64,000 nucleotides of DNA from Carcharhinus longimanus (taxonomy: Eukaryota): the NCBI GenBank assembly GCA_030264375.1, contig JASCQW010000122.1, forward strand, positions 31,407,783 to 31,471,782. The letters run 5' to 3'. Positions 62,521 through 64,000 of this stretch are shown here, piece by piece; positions within the stretch are counted from its first letter, which is position 1, and each line of letters begins with the position of its first letter. The notes beneath the pieces are model-generated. The model was not told where the DNA came from and ran no database searches. It was given only the letters and a program-made list of their open reading frames with translations. Position numbers and translations under genes: made by a program.

Positions 62521-64000
62521 TAAGTTTTGCAAGCCTGAACACTCTACACTCACCAGTTTGCAGTTTTATTTCTAATTAGTGATCAACTGGAATATTCCCA
62601 GTGGTATCAACTGAAATCTGAGCCTGGGTCTTCGGGGTATCAACTGCTGTTTTGTTATCTCAGCCTGATGACTGTTGTTATATTGTGAACCTTGACAATA
62701 TGTGGTGGACATCTAATCAACTGTATGGCATTAAGATGCATCTGGCTTCATTTTTCCATGATATTTGCACATGCAGATATTCTAGTAGGTTGAGACCATA
62801 AACAGAATTTCTGGCTGCCTTGCTTATGCAGACTATATACCATTGATGGAGAATGAATAGCTGTGAATCATACAGCAAATATTTTTGTACAATACCAAGG
62901 CACTTACTTGTGAATAAAAGAACATGAAATCATACTGCATATGCTAAAAACAACAGAGAAATTAATATTAAGTCAACAGAGAAAATGACCAGTATGAAGA
63001 GTACAAAATTCTCTAATAATCCCAATTGAAATATGAAAGTACATTCACATGGACATGAAGCAAGTTAACATACGTGATGTGACCAAATAGGATATGAATA
63101 CAGACTGTGCATTCAGATCAGGAAAGAANNNNNNNNNNNNNNNNNNNNNNNNNNNNNNNNNNNNNNNNNNNNNNNNNNNNNNNNNNNNNNNNNNNNNNNN
63201 NNNNNNNNNNNNNNNNNNNNNNNNNNNNAAGAAATTTGATGTTAATCTCTATGCTACAGATTTTTTGTGTTGTTAGATGAGGAAGACAATGATTTTGTTT
63301 CAGGGATGCTGTGATGCTAATGCTCAGAAAATTGAGACACAAAGCACATTCATTATTGCCTGAAGCATGCTGAAAGATAGAAATGAAAAGGGAATTATTT
63401 TCTTCTTCTTTTGAAATTGTATGACAACCAAAACAAAGTAGCATGATAATAAGGAGATTTGATGGTACTGGCCAGATAGAGAATCTGAGAATATTTCAGT
63501 GTCACATTGAAAAAGTGTCTTGCTGATAATCATTTGAAAGGAATCTAACGCTTAACGTGTGTTGCAGATAATCAGTTCTCTGCCTTTACTAACTCTAATA
63601 CCTAATGTCTAATATGTCGGTCTCTGAAATAATGCAATAGCCTTAACTAATCAGAAAATTGGAGCTGTGATTAATGGTCAACTGGTTTTGCATTGAAGGG
63701 CGAAGTTACAATTAAGATCCAAAGTTGTTTTACACAATTATAAATGTAACTTTTGTTCCATAACAGATAGGAAACACTTCTCTGAATTCTCCACGTACAC
63801 AAAGATAAATGAGGAAGAACAGTTTGCCCATCTTGTCCATTCTTTTATAGAAACATATGGATTCCCCAGCAGAGTAACTAATAATTGCAAAATTTGAGTT
63901 TATTCCTCCATTTTCACCTCTATAAGACTATTCAGTTTTTTGCATGTTTGATCAGCTTATTCTTACCAGAACTATCATGGTTTACTTTGACATAGTGTTC

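Noticed and set aside
1-64000. DOCK1 exons on the plus strand
   Set aside because: No DOCK1 peptide was recognised. The host-gene assignment rests only on known synteny.

Overview
AT-rich, repeat-dense vertebrate genomic DNA with many N gaps. The SINE/LINE repertoire (HE1-type V-SINEs, Deu-domain SINEs, CR1, L2, Rex1/Babar, Penelope-like ends) points to a cartilaginous fish (shark). The only host gene I can support is INSYN2A (FAM196A) on the minus strand: a large first coding exon (22350-21188) spliced in phase to a 72-bp exon (11626-11555). I did not find its last exon. In other vertebrates this gene lies antisense in a very large DOCK1 intron, which fits the absence of other exons here. 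The rest is mostly decayed mobile DNA. The standout is a ~5.5-kb SCAN-gag (Gmr1-like) Gypsy LTR element (51872-57334). Its integrase/RT region is replaced by an intronless fragment of the host nuclear-basket gene TPR, fused in frame to the retroelement protease. Also notable are five Penelope-type elements carrying minimal hammerhead-ribozyme motifs, an ITS1-5.8S rDNA fragment lodged inside a Harbinger transposase, a tRNA-Ser(TGA) pseudogene abutting a SINE, a Vingi-like LINE, and a TE-poor ~11-kb island around the INSYN2A 5' region. All homology calls come from recognising sequence by eye, with no searches run. Repeat boundaries are approximate unless a TSD or terminus is quoted.
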